DNA of 64,000 nt from Ptychomitrium polyphyllum (lineage: Eukaryota), in contig OZ316775.1 of assembly GCA_973851085.1 (NCBI GenBank), positions 15,252,001-15,316,000 of the forward strand, given 5' to 3'. Position 1 is the stretch's first letter; each line of letters begins with the position of its first letter. The translations under genes were made by a program, and so were the position numbers. This document shows, piece after piece, positions 52,981 to 64,000 of this stretch. Under the pieces are notes generated by a model, which was given only the letters and a program-made list of their open reading frames with translations, did not search any database and was not told where the DNA came from.

Positions 52981-55900
52981 AATTAAAAATATGGTTAGAA
53001 GAATTTCGGAAACCCCAATCTGAAGTGGCCAAAATGAGGAAATTCGAGGTGATGGTGAATTGATCGAATTCATTCCTTGGAGATGTCTGAGACAAACCCG
53101 GTGGGCAATGGACCTTAATTATTTTCAATGAAAGTAAAAATACAGGATGAACGTTGTTTCATTCAGTCTGTAACGGAGGTTTTTCGAGAAAGGAAACAAG
53201 TCACAGTCGGTCTTGAACATTCTTTCCAGGATGATTTCAGGTTCTTTTCCTATCAGTTTCCGATTATCTCGTGATTTTGAGGCACCTACACTTGACTTTT
53301 CGACTCTACTGTAATTTCGCTGTGTTTGTGTCTGCCAGTGATACATATGTATGAAGTGGACATAACATGTACCTAGACTTGATACATAGGTAGGGGCTGG
53401 ATCATGTAGGAACTTGAGCCCGGGAGATTCTCGGTTGGAACAAAAGGGCACAAGACTTACTCCTGCATATTCTGTGCTCCTTGGATTTCAGATATGCATC
53501 TAAATTAACTGACAGGGCCTGCCAAAAGATGATTCATTAAATGTACACATAAATCAATCATCTGAATCCAAACATTACTCTCTTTCACCCTCCTTTATTG
53601 AATAATGTAACTTCACAATTCCAGAAGTGATGAGAGCGTACGTGCAAACAAAAGTGAAACCTCTGATCCTAACCCAATGTACAGTTGCCAATTAAGAGGA
53701 CCGGTGCATTGGTAAAAAAGAAACTGCCTACCTGTGCATTCTAGTGTAGTTAACTTTGCACCCTAAATTTAACTTCGTGCATATCCAAACCTTGAACCAT
53801 TGTGAACCATTGAAGACATCCAAACAGATATCTTTTGCATAAGCTTATAAATAGCTAAACACTAAATTTGAGCATATACTAAATTAGCATTTGGCCTTAA
53901 GATCAAGTAATTATAAAATGGAACCTTCCATGCCACCAAGAAGTTCCTCCAATTTGGAGTTTTAGCTTTCAATAATACCCTGTGATACTACTGACCACGA
54001 TTCCACAATATTAACAAAAAAGAGAACTACAAATTGAAAAGATAAGCTATCATAAAAAAAAGATGTACAAAGAATGTAGAGATATACATAACAATGAATT
54101 AAGGATATGATGAATATTAGCTATATTGAGATATCATAATAAAAATAAAACCTTATTTTTGCGAAAGGGAAACACACAAAACTTCAAAAGTACTTGAACA
54201 ATACATATATAAATTGATCTTGCATGATTATTGTTCATAATTCAAATCTAAATATCCTACTAGATTTTAATCACTTATCAAAATGTCCATCCAGCAACTA
54301 TTCTATTTACTTAAAACAAAATTACTGTTCTTCCAAAATTACATAGATATCCTAATATTCAATAAATAGAATAGACAACAAACAAAACTAAAAAACACCT
54401 TTCACATAATCAATATCGAAAAAAAGAACACCATACAAATCAACTTTCAATCCCTATGAAAGACCAAAAGCCTAAAAAACTACAACAAATAATAAAAAAA
54501 AAATTCTATAATTCTACACTAAAGAGCAATAATAACAAATTATAAAATCTCATTACCAACGACCAGAACTTAACACCTATTCATAAAAGTAGCAAGTTCA
54601 TATCATCCTGGCCCTACCCATTCATCAAAGATATTAACTCATGTCGGCACAAGACCGGAGCCCGGCTAAAGAACCGTGCTCCAGGAAAGCCTCGAAGACC
54701 GCCACCGCCAGTTGGGTCACGTGAGGAGGGTCACGCAACGCCGTCGCGCAGTCGGCTCGCAGATTGCAGTGCACACCCGGCATGCCGGCCATGGGGGATA
54801 GCGAGCCTCGCCGCAAGCGCTCCGGCAATAAGAGAGCCCCTGTGGCTGCGCCGAGCTGTTGGAGTCCGAAGGAGATGGTGGCTGCGGGGGGACACGCCGG
54901 TACGACAGAGGAGGGAACGACTCGCATGCGGATGGCGGCGACGGTGGGCGATCGTGGAATCGGGCTGCGGAGGACGGGGCGGGCGTGGTGAGGGCGGGGG
55001 CGGGAGGGGCGACGCGGAGCGGATGCGATGGTCGGGATCCGGCCTCCGCAGCGGCGTCGAGGTTGGTGAGCGAGGGAGCGCAGTCGGAGTCGGCTGAAGG
55101 CGTAGGCGCCGGGATACGGTTCGCATACGGCGTGCGGGGGCGGGGTTCCCGTACGGGGTACGCGGGGGAACGCGGGCGGGCGAGGGCGCGGGCGGTGGGG
55201 AGCGGGGGGAACGGGCGCCGGGGGCCGTATGGTAGCGGGCGCGGGGCGTACCGTATAGCGGGGCGTATACGGTAGGCAGGGTGCGGGGCTGGAGCTCCAA
55301 CTTGGAGCCCCAGCGTCGTCGTCGACGACCCCGGCGGACGGCTGGACGCGATTCGGGAAGCAATTTGGACGCGATGCATGCGATTGGGAGCTGGGATTAG
55401 GTGGCGGTGGGGGCGCTGGGGCGGGAATTGGGGGGCGTGCGGCGTGCGGGATGGCGCGAGGTGCTCCCCGCGTGAAATTTTAGGGGTGGGCGTCGCGAGA
55501 TCGCCCGGATTGGGGGCCCGGATCGATTTGCGGGGCAATTCGGTGCGGGCATCGGTGGTCGCCCGCGGCATCCCGGTGGTGGCGTTGGGCCATCGCGAGC
55601 CCGGGCTCGATTGCGCAGGTACGTGGCTGATTTCGATCCCGTCGGGTATTCTAGGGTTTCGTGGGTGGGGTTTGTGTCGTCGCGGGACCTCGCGGCCTCT
55701 CTCGGGGGATTCTGCGACGGAGGGGCTGTCGCCGGGGCGGGGTGGAGCTCTGCGGCGGCGGATTGGGGCGGATTTTTCCGAATTGTGGAGGCGTTGGCGG
55801 ATGCCGGCGGTTTTCCGCGAGGAAATCAGCCCGTGGCTCGCTCCGGCGCTCGCCCTGGCTCCCCCCCGGCTGGCTGTGGTGCGGGGGCGGCCCTCCCCGG

Positions 55901-57113
55901 GTGCGTGGCCTCCAGCGGGCCCGTCTCTGGCATTCTTCCGGTGGCGCTGGCCCGGCCGCTCGGTTCCGTGTCCCGCTGCCGGGGTGGATGGTGCGCATGT
56001 CTAGGGTTTTTGGCTCTGGAGTGCGATGTTCCGCGGGGGGCGGCGTTTCTTGGCCTCGAGCAGCGGGGGGACGGCGCGGGGGATTGCCTGGGCTGCCCCT
56101 GTTCCGAATTTCGGTCCGCAGCGCTGCATGTGGGATCGTTTCGGCGAGTTCGGGGGCCGGGGGGTGCCGGAGGGCCGCGCGCGGAGGCGGATGTGTTGGT
56201 CGTGGGGGATGGGAGGGCGTGGGATTCCTTGGAGGCCCGCATTTTGCGTCGGGGGGTCCATCCCGGCTGCTCCCGTCCGAGCGTGGTGGTGCTGCGAGTG
56301 CCGGAGGTGCGACCGTGGCGTGCCTTGGGGAACGGGCTCGGGCGTGCGGGGGCCGGCGTGAGCAGTGTCGCTCTCGGCGATGACCTGCGGCCTGGTGGCT
56401 CGGGGCACACGTCGGAGCACGTCTGGGAGCGGACTGGATTGCAGCCCGTGCGTCCTGGATGGAGCAGGGCCCGGGGGTGGATCCATGGACGCCGTGAGTC
56501 GTGCTCGGTGGAGCGATGAGCGTTGTTTGGTGGCGGCATGGGCGCGGGACGAGGCGCCCGTGGCCGATGGCGGGCTCCAGCTGGGGGATGTCCGGGGGCC
56601 TGTGAGCGCACCCTCCCGGACGCTGGTGCGGATGCCCTGTAGGGGTGGGATGCGTCGTGGAGCCGCGGACCGCTCTCTCTCGTTCTGCCCGACGTGGCTG
56701 CCGTTGACGTGAGACGCGGACAGGAACGTGGATTGAGGATGCGATGGAGACGTGGGATCGTGAGTGTGGATCATGCACGCTGGTTGCCGTGCGGGGAGGA
56801 GAGTGTGGAGGGGGGTGCGGGGTGGCACTCGGGGCCGTGTCGGGTGTGTGGGTGTAGTGTGTCTGCCTGGGTGTGCATGTGGTGGGCATCCGGGTCGGCC
56901 TTGGCGTTAGCGTGTGGTGGGCTGGGTCGGGGCGGGCGGGGCGCGTGTGTGGTGTTTGCATGTGCGGTGGTGGGAGGCTGGAGGGTTGGCTTGGTCTCTG
57001 ACCCGGTGGGACGTTGCAGGTTGGGCGGGCGGTGTGCAGCGCGGTTCGGCGGGGACGAGGAGGGGCTCCTGTCATGTCAAGGAGCAGGGGGGACGAGGAC
57101 AGAGGAGAAGTGC

Positions 57114-60100
57114 ATGTATACGGAGCGGGACCGTGGATGTGCAGCGGGGTTTGAGCGCTCGGTCAATGCTGAGCCGGGTCCCATGGGAGCAGGAGCTGGT
57201 GCTGCAGCCGCCGTAGACGACGACGGGCCCTCTCCACGCGGCGCCGGCATCGAGGAAGCTGAGGCCGAACTCAGGTTGGGGGGCCGGGCCAGCTGAGCGG
57301 TGGGCTGAGGTGGTGGCGGGTGCGGGGTGGTGTGATGTGTGACGTTTGTGTGTTGGCGGGTTGGGGAGCGGTTGTGTGAGGGGCGGGGGACGGAGGCAGT
57401 GGTTGCATTTGGGTGAGGCGGGATGTTGCAGCGTGCTGTGCGTGCGGGTTTCTGACGACTGGTGTGTCTGTGGTGGTGGGCAGTGAGGAGGAGGCTGTGT
57501 GTGCAGCCGGTGCGGGCAGGGACGGCGATGTGTGGAGCGGGAGCGGAGGATGCGCGGAGGGGTCGGACGGCGTGTCGGTAGCGTTGGGTCCGGGCGAGGA
57601 GCAGGCGTGCAGCAGGTCGAGTTCGCTGGATGCGGGTGCAGGCGAGCCGGGCCGGGCGCCGAACGAGTCCGGCACGAGGGCGGGCAGCGACAGCTGCGGG
57701 GGGGTCCATGGCAGGCCCAAGAGCGGCGGGCATGTGAGCAGGAGCAGGGTTCGGAGTCAGAGGCTGGGAAACGGGCATGCATTGTTGAGGGAGGTGGAGG
57801 GCGTGGTGGGCGGGGAGGGGCAGGTAGCGGGGCGGGAGAGCACGGCAGCCCCCGGAAGCGCGGGGAATGAGGACATGGTAGACATGAGCTACCAGGTTCT
57901 GCCGCAGCCGAGCCAACATGGCCTCCCGAGCAGGTGGAACGGACTGGGCGCCAGCCCGGAGTACGAGCCCGTGAACGAGATCATGGCACGGTGCGGGCCG
58001 GTGTTGGAGCAGCACCCGAGCGAGCACAGCTCCAGGGACAGAGCCTCGGCCCCGGCCCTGAAATCTGTGCAGGCCTCGGACGCGCGAGGCGGTCCACGGG
58101 CGGCGGCGACGGGGAGGGATGTGGAGAGGACTTCTGTGGGCGGCGAGTGCAGGCCACATGAGGCGGCGAACAGGGCGGAGGGCGACGAGCAGGCGGCGGG
58201 CGTCGGGGAGAGGCGCGATGGCCGTGGCGGCAGCAGAACGGTGGAAGGCATGTGGAAGGAGGACGCGGTTGGCGGTGATGCGGGGGCGGAGAGGAGGGAC
58301 GGGGCGAGTGTGGCGGGGGTGGGTGTGGAGAAGCTGGGCGAGTCAGGAGCAGGGCCTCGCGAGCTGGCGGGCAGCGTCCAGGAGAAGGCCGGCAGCGAGG
58401 CGCGGGCGGCACAGGAGAAGAAGGCGAACGTGCAGCAGTTGAGGGTGAAGGCGGAGGAGGGGGTGGCGGAGGAGAGGGCGAAGCCTGTGGCAACACAGGC
58501 GGAGGCGGGGGGTCGCGGGATCCAGGGCGGTCATTCTCAGGAGCTGAGGGCGGGGGGCCAGGCCGGTGGTCCGCGAAGCATGGGGCGGGCGTGGAGCAAT
58601 TCCGGCGCAGCGAACTGCAAGTACTCGGGCGTGGTCCTGCCGTGGGAGAAGGGGCAGGATGTGGCGGTGCAGGGCGAGGCGGAGCGGCAGAATGCGGAGC
58701 TTCGAGAGAGGCTGGCGAACAAGGCGCGCGAGGACTTCGTTCTGGAAGAGGCGGAGCATCTGAAGGTAGGGCTGGGGGGAGAGGTGTTTGACAGTGTGGC
58801 ATGGCGCTGCAGTGCGGAGCGCGGAGTGGACGCGTTGGTGGGCTGTTTGTGTGGTAGCTTCTGACGGAACCAGGTGCGACGGTTGTGCAGGCGAAGAGGA
58901 AGCAGGTGGAGGAGCGGAAGGCCGTGAAACCGTGTGCGGAGCCTTTGCGGCGGAAGTCGCATTGGGACTACGTGCTGGAAGAGATGAGGTGGATGGCGAA
59001 CGACTTCTGGCAGGTACGCGGTGTTGGGGTGGTGAGTGGGGTGATGAGTGGTGCGGGTTGGTTTGTGGTGGCGGGAGATTGTGGGTGCGGAGTGGTTGTG
59101 GAGTGCTGTGGTTTCCCGCAGGTGTGGGTTTGTGGCGTCCGACCCGTCCGTGGTGTGGGGCGCATGGTGCGGAGAGCAGTACATGCAGCGAATAACCGGA
59201 GTGGTTGGTTGGTTGGCCCGTTCAGGAGCGGATGTGGAAGAGGTACCAGGCTGCCCACGTGTGTCTGGAGATTGCGATGAAGAAGGGGGAGGACGACTTT
59301 CTGGCGGCAGACCTGGCGAGGGAGCAGCAGAGAGTGTCGAGGATCCTGGCAATCGCTGTGAGGGGATTTTGGCACAGCGCGGAGGTGGCAGCGGCGAAGC
59401 AGAGGAGCGAGAGCAGGGGCTCGGGACAATCGCAAGGCGCGAGAAGAACGAGCGAGAGCGAGGTGGTTCCCATGGACGTGGACTTTCCCGCGGCGAGAGA
59501 GGTGAACCCCGATGATGCGCGTGGCTCCTTTGGTGGTTGGGTCGGTGATGTGGGAGACGTAGTGGCAGGAAGATGTGCATTGGAGTGGTGAGGTGCAGTT
59601 GCTGGAGGCGGTGGTTGGCATGGGTGGGGCAGGAGTGTGGCCCCAGGATGGGCATGGCACGGCAATGATGTGTTGGATGTTGTGTGAGCTGAGCAGGTTC
59701 CGGAGAAGTGGGTGCGTCATGAGAAGGCCGGGAGAGAGCAGTTGGTGGGGGTCCAGAGGTACGCCATTCAGCTCCTGAAGGAGTCGGGCTTCCCGAGGTC
59801 AGGACAAGCGGAGGCCCCGGCGACCCCGGAGCGGCGGCGAGAGAGCAACAGCATTCTGGACCAAGTTCGCGAGGTGCGTGTAGTAGCGGGCCCCCATGAG
59901 TGCGTTGGGTCTGGCGGCAGCGTCTTGTCGGGCGGAGGGTGTGTGTTGTGGTGGGTGATGGCATGGTAGCGGGCGGTGCAGTCGCGTCTGTGGGGTGGCG
60001 AGTGTGGGTGGGTTGCCACGTCTGTCGTCCGTGTGCTGCCCTGCGGGAGGAGGAGCGGCAGTGGGGCCACGTGTGCGCGGTGCGGCAGGGATGTTTGGGG

Positions 60101-63100
60101 AATGCTGGGGGAAGAGGTGTACTGACGTTGCAAAGGTGGGTCAGGTACCGTTGCTGTACGAGGTGCCGATGGGGTCCATGGAAGCATATCGAGCAGCGGT
60201 GGAGGGCGAGCAGGCGAGGTCGGAGGAGGTACGGCATGGTGGTGGGGAAGCATGCGGAGTGTTGTGTTTGTTGGTCCTGTGGCATGGACGAAGGAGGGGA
60301 TTTTGGCAGAGTTGGGAGGCGGCAGTGCCCTTTGGCCTCCCCATTGACCAACTGCTGGCAAACATGACATGGGCGGGCGTGAGTGGAGCCGTGGGATGGA
60401 GGCAGAGGTTTTGAGCAGGTGCGGTGACGAGTGGTCCGGGTGTGGGGCGGGGCGAACTGAAAGACGTGTTGTGGTGTTGACGTGTGGTGTGCAGGAGCAC
60501 GAGAGGAGGCGAGCAGCCGCGGGGGTGGAGGCGGAAGCTCTTGCCGCGGAGGCAGCAGACGATGCGAGCGCCGGAGGCGACGGGAGCTATGCGAAGCTGT
60601 CAAACGACGGAGGGTCTCAGGAGGATGAGCCTGCGATGCTGTTGACGGAGGGGTCGCGCATATCCAGGAAGAAGCGGAAGAAGATATTCAAGACCAGCAG
60701 CATCGGATTGAGAGGCGAAGGGAGCGCTCCGCAAGGTAGTCCCCCAGCGGAGCAGGGGAGTTGTGGGGGGCAGGGCGCGCGCGTTGCTGCGCGCGTTGCG
60801 CGTGTGCAGCGAGCGGAGTTTTTGCGAGTGTTGGTGTCTGCTTTGCGCAGATGTGTGGTGGGTGTGTGGAGCCGTTGCGTGTGCAGAAGTCGGTCTGTGG
60901 TGCGCGGCTGATGTTTGGGTGGTTGGCAGGGCCTGCGTACCGGGCGCCGGGTTTGCTGAGTCTGGAGGTGGGCATACCTTCGCCGCTGGTGACGGGGAAA
61001 CGATCTTTGACGGGGGGTTTGGGAGCGAGCAGTCTACCTGGAAGCATTCCGGTGAAGCGTGCACGGTCGTCGGCGGCAAACCTGCGACCGCGTGGCACAC
61101 AACCCGGCGCCTCTCCAGGTAATACCGACCGTTCCCAAGTGATGGGCCGGTTCCATTTAGGGGATGGGTGTGTGATGGAGTGACCGGGGTGTGGAGAGAG
61201 ACGGTGCGGCAATGCGGGATGCGTGTTGTGGTGGGGGAGGAGGCCGTGGCGATGCAGAGGCGGAGGCTGGTGGTGGAGGAAGAGGCGAAGAGGCGAAGGT
61301 GGCGTGCGGCATGTGGGTCGGTCCCAGGAAGTAGTGGAACGCAGGGTGCGGGTGTGCGTGTTTGGCAGGTGCTCGCGGATTGGGACGATGCATGTGATCT
61401 GTTCTGGTGTCCGTGGGGGAAGCGGTAGGCCCTCGGGTGGGGGCAGGTGGGTCGGGGCTTTTGGGGGGTGGATGGTCGAGCCGTGCACCCGGAATGGTTG
61501 GGCACGTGGAGTTGTGAGAGTCCGGCAGTGGACGCCGATGGGGGGTGCGAGCGAGATGCATTGTCGAGAAGCGTGGTGCTGGGTGGGGTTCTGATGGTGG
61601 GCTGGTGGTTGTGGCATGTCCGGGTCCAGGTGGATACGCGGCACAGAGGGGAACGGGGTCGCAGTTCCAGCAGGACGAGGGGATGGACGCACTGGATGGG
61701 TCGAGCCAGGGCGACGTGGGCAGCGACACTCCCGGCAGCAAAGGGGCTGCGGGCGAGGGCAGGCTGAGGAAGAAGAAGAAGACGAGGCCGTATCCGGGGC
61801 TGTCGTTTTCGGATGGAGGAGCAGCGGCGGACACGGGTGCGAAGGTAGTGCACGCGTTCCGGTGTGTGGGAGTGCGGGGTGGGTGTCGGGCTTAGGGGAG
61901 GTGCGTAAGCGTAGAATGTGGCGTTTGCAAGAGGTGTCCGGAGGGTGAGGCTGACGCAAACGGGTGTGGCTTATGTTGCAGAGTTTGGAGGGGGTTGCGG
62001 CGGACGTTCGAAACGAGCAGGTGCGTGAGCGAGCCCCTGCGGGACATGTTTGTTGCAGGTTGTTGGGGCGACGGAGTGGAGGGGTTGGGTTGTGAGGAGG
62101 GGGAGGCACAGCAGAGCCATGCCCGGGCGGGGATGGCGCCATGCGTGGTGTGCGATGGCGCGGTTTGGTATGTGATGTTGGGCGATGACGCATGTTGATG
62201 GATGGATGGTTGCGCTGGGTGCTGAAGCCGTTTGATGCGTGGTTGGTTTGTGGCAGATGAAGCGGAAAGCGGATATGCACTGGGTGTCGGTGGGTGGATC
62301 CGATGCAGGGCTGGGTAAGTGGGAGGAGAAGTCCGGTCTGTGAGGTGGTGTGCAGGGAGCGGTCGTGTCTTAGAGCGTGGGTGACGTCTGGGTGCAGGGC
62401 GCTTGCAAGTGGGTAGCGGTTGTGGCGAGGCGGCGCAACGGTGTGGACTGACGTGTGGGCGGAAACTGGTGCAGATACGCCGGGCACGCCAGGGTCGCAA
62501 GGTCCGCCGGGGCAACAGAACTCGAAGAAACAGAAGTCTCTGAGGCAGGGCGAGACGAACTCGGAGGCGGTCCAGGCCGGGCAACAGGCAGGGTCGGCAG
62601 CGGGTGCAAGCAAACTGCTGAGGCAGAACAGCATGCGCGACCGCAATCGGAGGGTGCGGCCAGCAACGAAGGTGAGGAGCCGGTTCATGCAGCGTCCTGC
62701 AGCGCTGGTGGTTCCAGGACGATGGGCGATGGGTCTGGTGGCGAGATGTGGCCTGGTGGGAGGAAGTGGGCGGTGGAGTGGGTATGTGAGATGGGGTGGC
62801 GGGGGCACACGGAGATGAGAGGTCCCGTGGAGGGTGGCGTGGGAGCGGGGGGTTACGGGGCATGCGATGTGGACGCTGACCGGGGGCATGGTGGGCGGTT
62901 GTTTTGCAGGTGCCCCCGAGCACGCCGACGGGAGGGGTGGGCATCCCTTGGTCGGCCGGCGAAGATCAAGTACGTAGAGGCATCCGAGCTGTGGTGGTTG
63001 CGTGGTTGGTCGAGAGGGGTGGCGGGTTTTGGTGGTGGGGTGAGAGGGGGTGGACGTGTGCGGGGGGAGGGCGCGCGCCATGGGTGCGGCGAGGGAGGGC

Positions 63101-63829
63101 GGGCATGTGCAGCGGAGAGGAGGTGGAGAAGGGCGATGGACTGACGTGGTTTTTGGTGGGTGGTGCAGGCTATTCTGGCGCTGGTCCACGATCTGGGCGC
63201 GAACTGGGACCTGGTGAGCGACGTGCTGAGCTCGAACTCCCAGATAAAGGTGCGGACTCGTCCCTTGTCGGTGGCAGGGGTGGGCGCAGTAGTTGGGGGT
63301 TTGCGGAGAGGCTGGGCGTGGGAGGCGGGTGGTGGGTGGGCGGAGGGAGGGATTGGGGCATTGTGGAGGTTCCGGTGTTTGTTGTGCTGTTGGGGTGGTT
63401 GAGTGAAGGGGGCGGTTGCATGGATGGTGTGTGTTGGGTCAGGGCATCTGCCGCAAGCCCCAGCAGTGCAAGGAGAGGCACAAGGCGCTGACGGAGAGAG
63501 CGGGGTCGGAGGGGCCGGAGAGCACGGAGGACCCGAGCTCGTCGCAGGCGCAGGCCTCGAAAGTAAGTGCCGGAGGTGGTGGTGGTGTGGAGGGTGTGTG
63601 TGGCGGCGGCGCACGGTGTGAGTGAGCGGGGTGAGGAGGTGGGCGCGCGGCGGAGTGGGCGGGGGTGTGGGATGGAGTGAGGCGTGGTTCTGATCGCGGG
63701 GGTTGCAATGGATTGTGGCAGGGCAACGTTCGGGGGCTGCGGGGCCAGAGTGCGGCAGAGGAGGATACGCTGAAGCACTTTGAGCAGATCGTCATGATTG
63801 TGCAAAAGTATGGTGCACGGAAAAATTTG
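57114..63829 (+). CDS. EAF1: EAF1, right copy (first 16 coding exons; gene continues beyond the window end)
   Basis: Mirror of the left copy (coordinates sum to 70536). Exons 57114-57274, 57484-58765, 58891-59013 (HSA), 59226-59501, 59697-59873, 60145-60228, 60495-60735, 60930-61118, 61630-61844, 61982-62020, 62257-62314, 62475-62671, 62910-62969, 63169-63249 (SANT), 63443-63562, 63722-63829. Confidence 0.9.
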
Positions 63830-64000
63830 GTGAAGACTCGGATCACCGGCCTTAGTGCTTGAGTTTGCAGGAAGCTTGCGTCGAGTTTGCCGTTGTGGTG
63901 GTGATTTGTGTGAGATGTGCATGGTCGTCGTTCCGATGGTCGTGGTCTGTGTGTGCGGTGGTGTCGGGGGTGCGTGTGAGAGCGGTCCGAGACTATGCTG

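Larger units (their letters stand above)
42127..64000 (+). repeat. Right arm of giant inverted repeat
   Basis: Reverse complement of 6537-26678 plus ~1.73 kb (~46960-48691) absent from the left arm. Confidence 0.98.

Noticed and set aside
6537..64000. Palindrome as a pure assembly artefact
   Set aside because: Arms differ by structured SNP clusters, a 1.73 kb indel and distinct inner flanks. Read-level confirmation is still needed.
1..64000. CRISPR arrays, tRNA or rRNA genes
   Set aside because: None seen; the only tRNA-related sequence is the retroelement PBS.

Overview
Eukaryotic land-plant DNA, most likely moss (Physcomitrium-like, inferred from the chromovirus family and gene style). 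The window is one giant palindrome. The arms are at least 20 kb each (6537-26678 and 42127-64000, running off the right edge) and nearly identical, around a ~15.4 kb very AT-rich spacer. From the centre outward, each arm carries a decayed Ty3/gypsy chromovirus sitting in an older LTR-element remnant, a two-exon mitochondrial ATP synthase delta gene, and an extremely GC-rich, G/T-skewed EAF1 gene (NuA4 scaffold, HSA+SANT; ~25 coding exons, ~2120 aa). All point outward. The arms differ mainly near a ~1.73 kb deletion in the left retroelement and at the inner boundary, which suggests an old duplication kept uniform by gene conversion. The spacer hides a decayed starch synthase II fragment with a probable intron, next to a CpG-retaining island. 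All calls are by eye; no searches were run.
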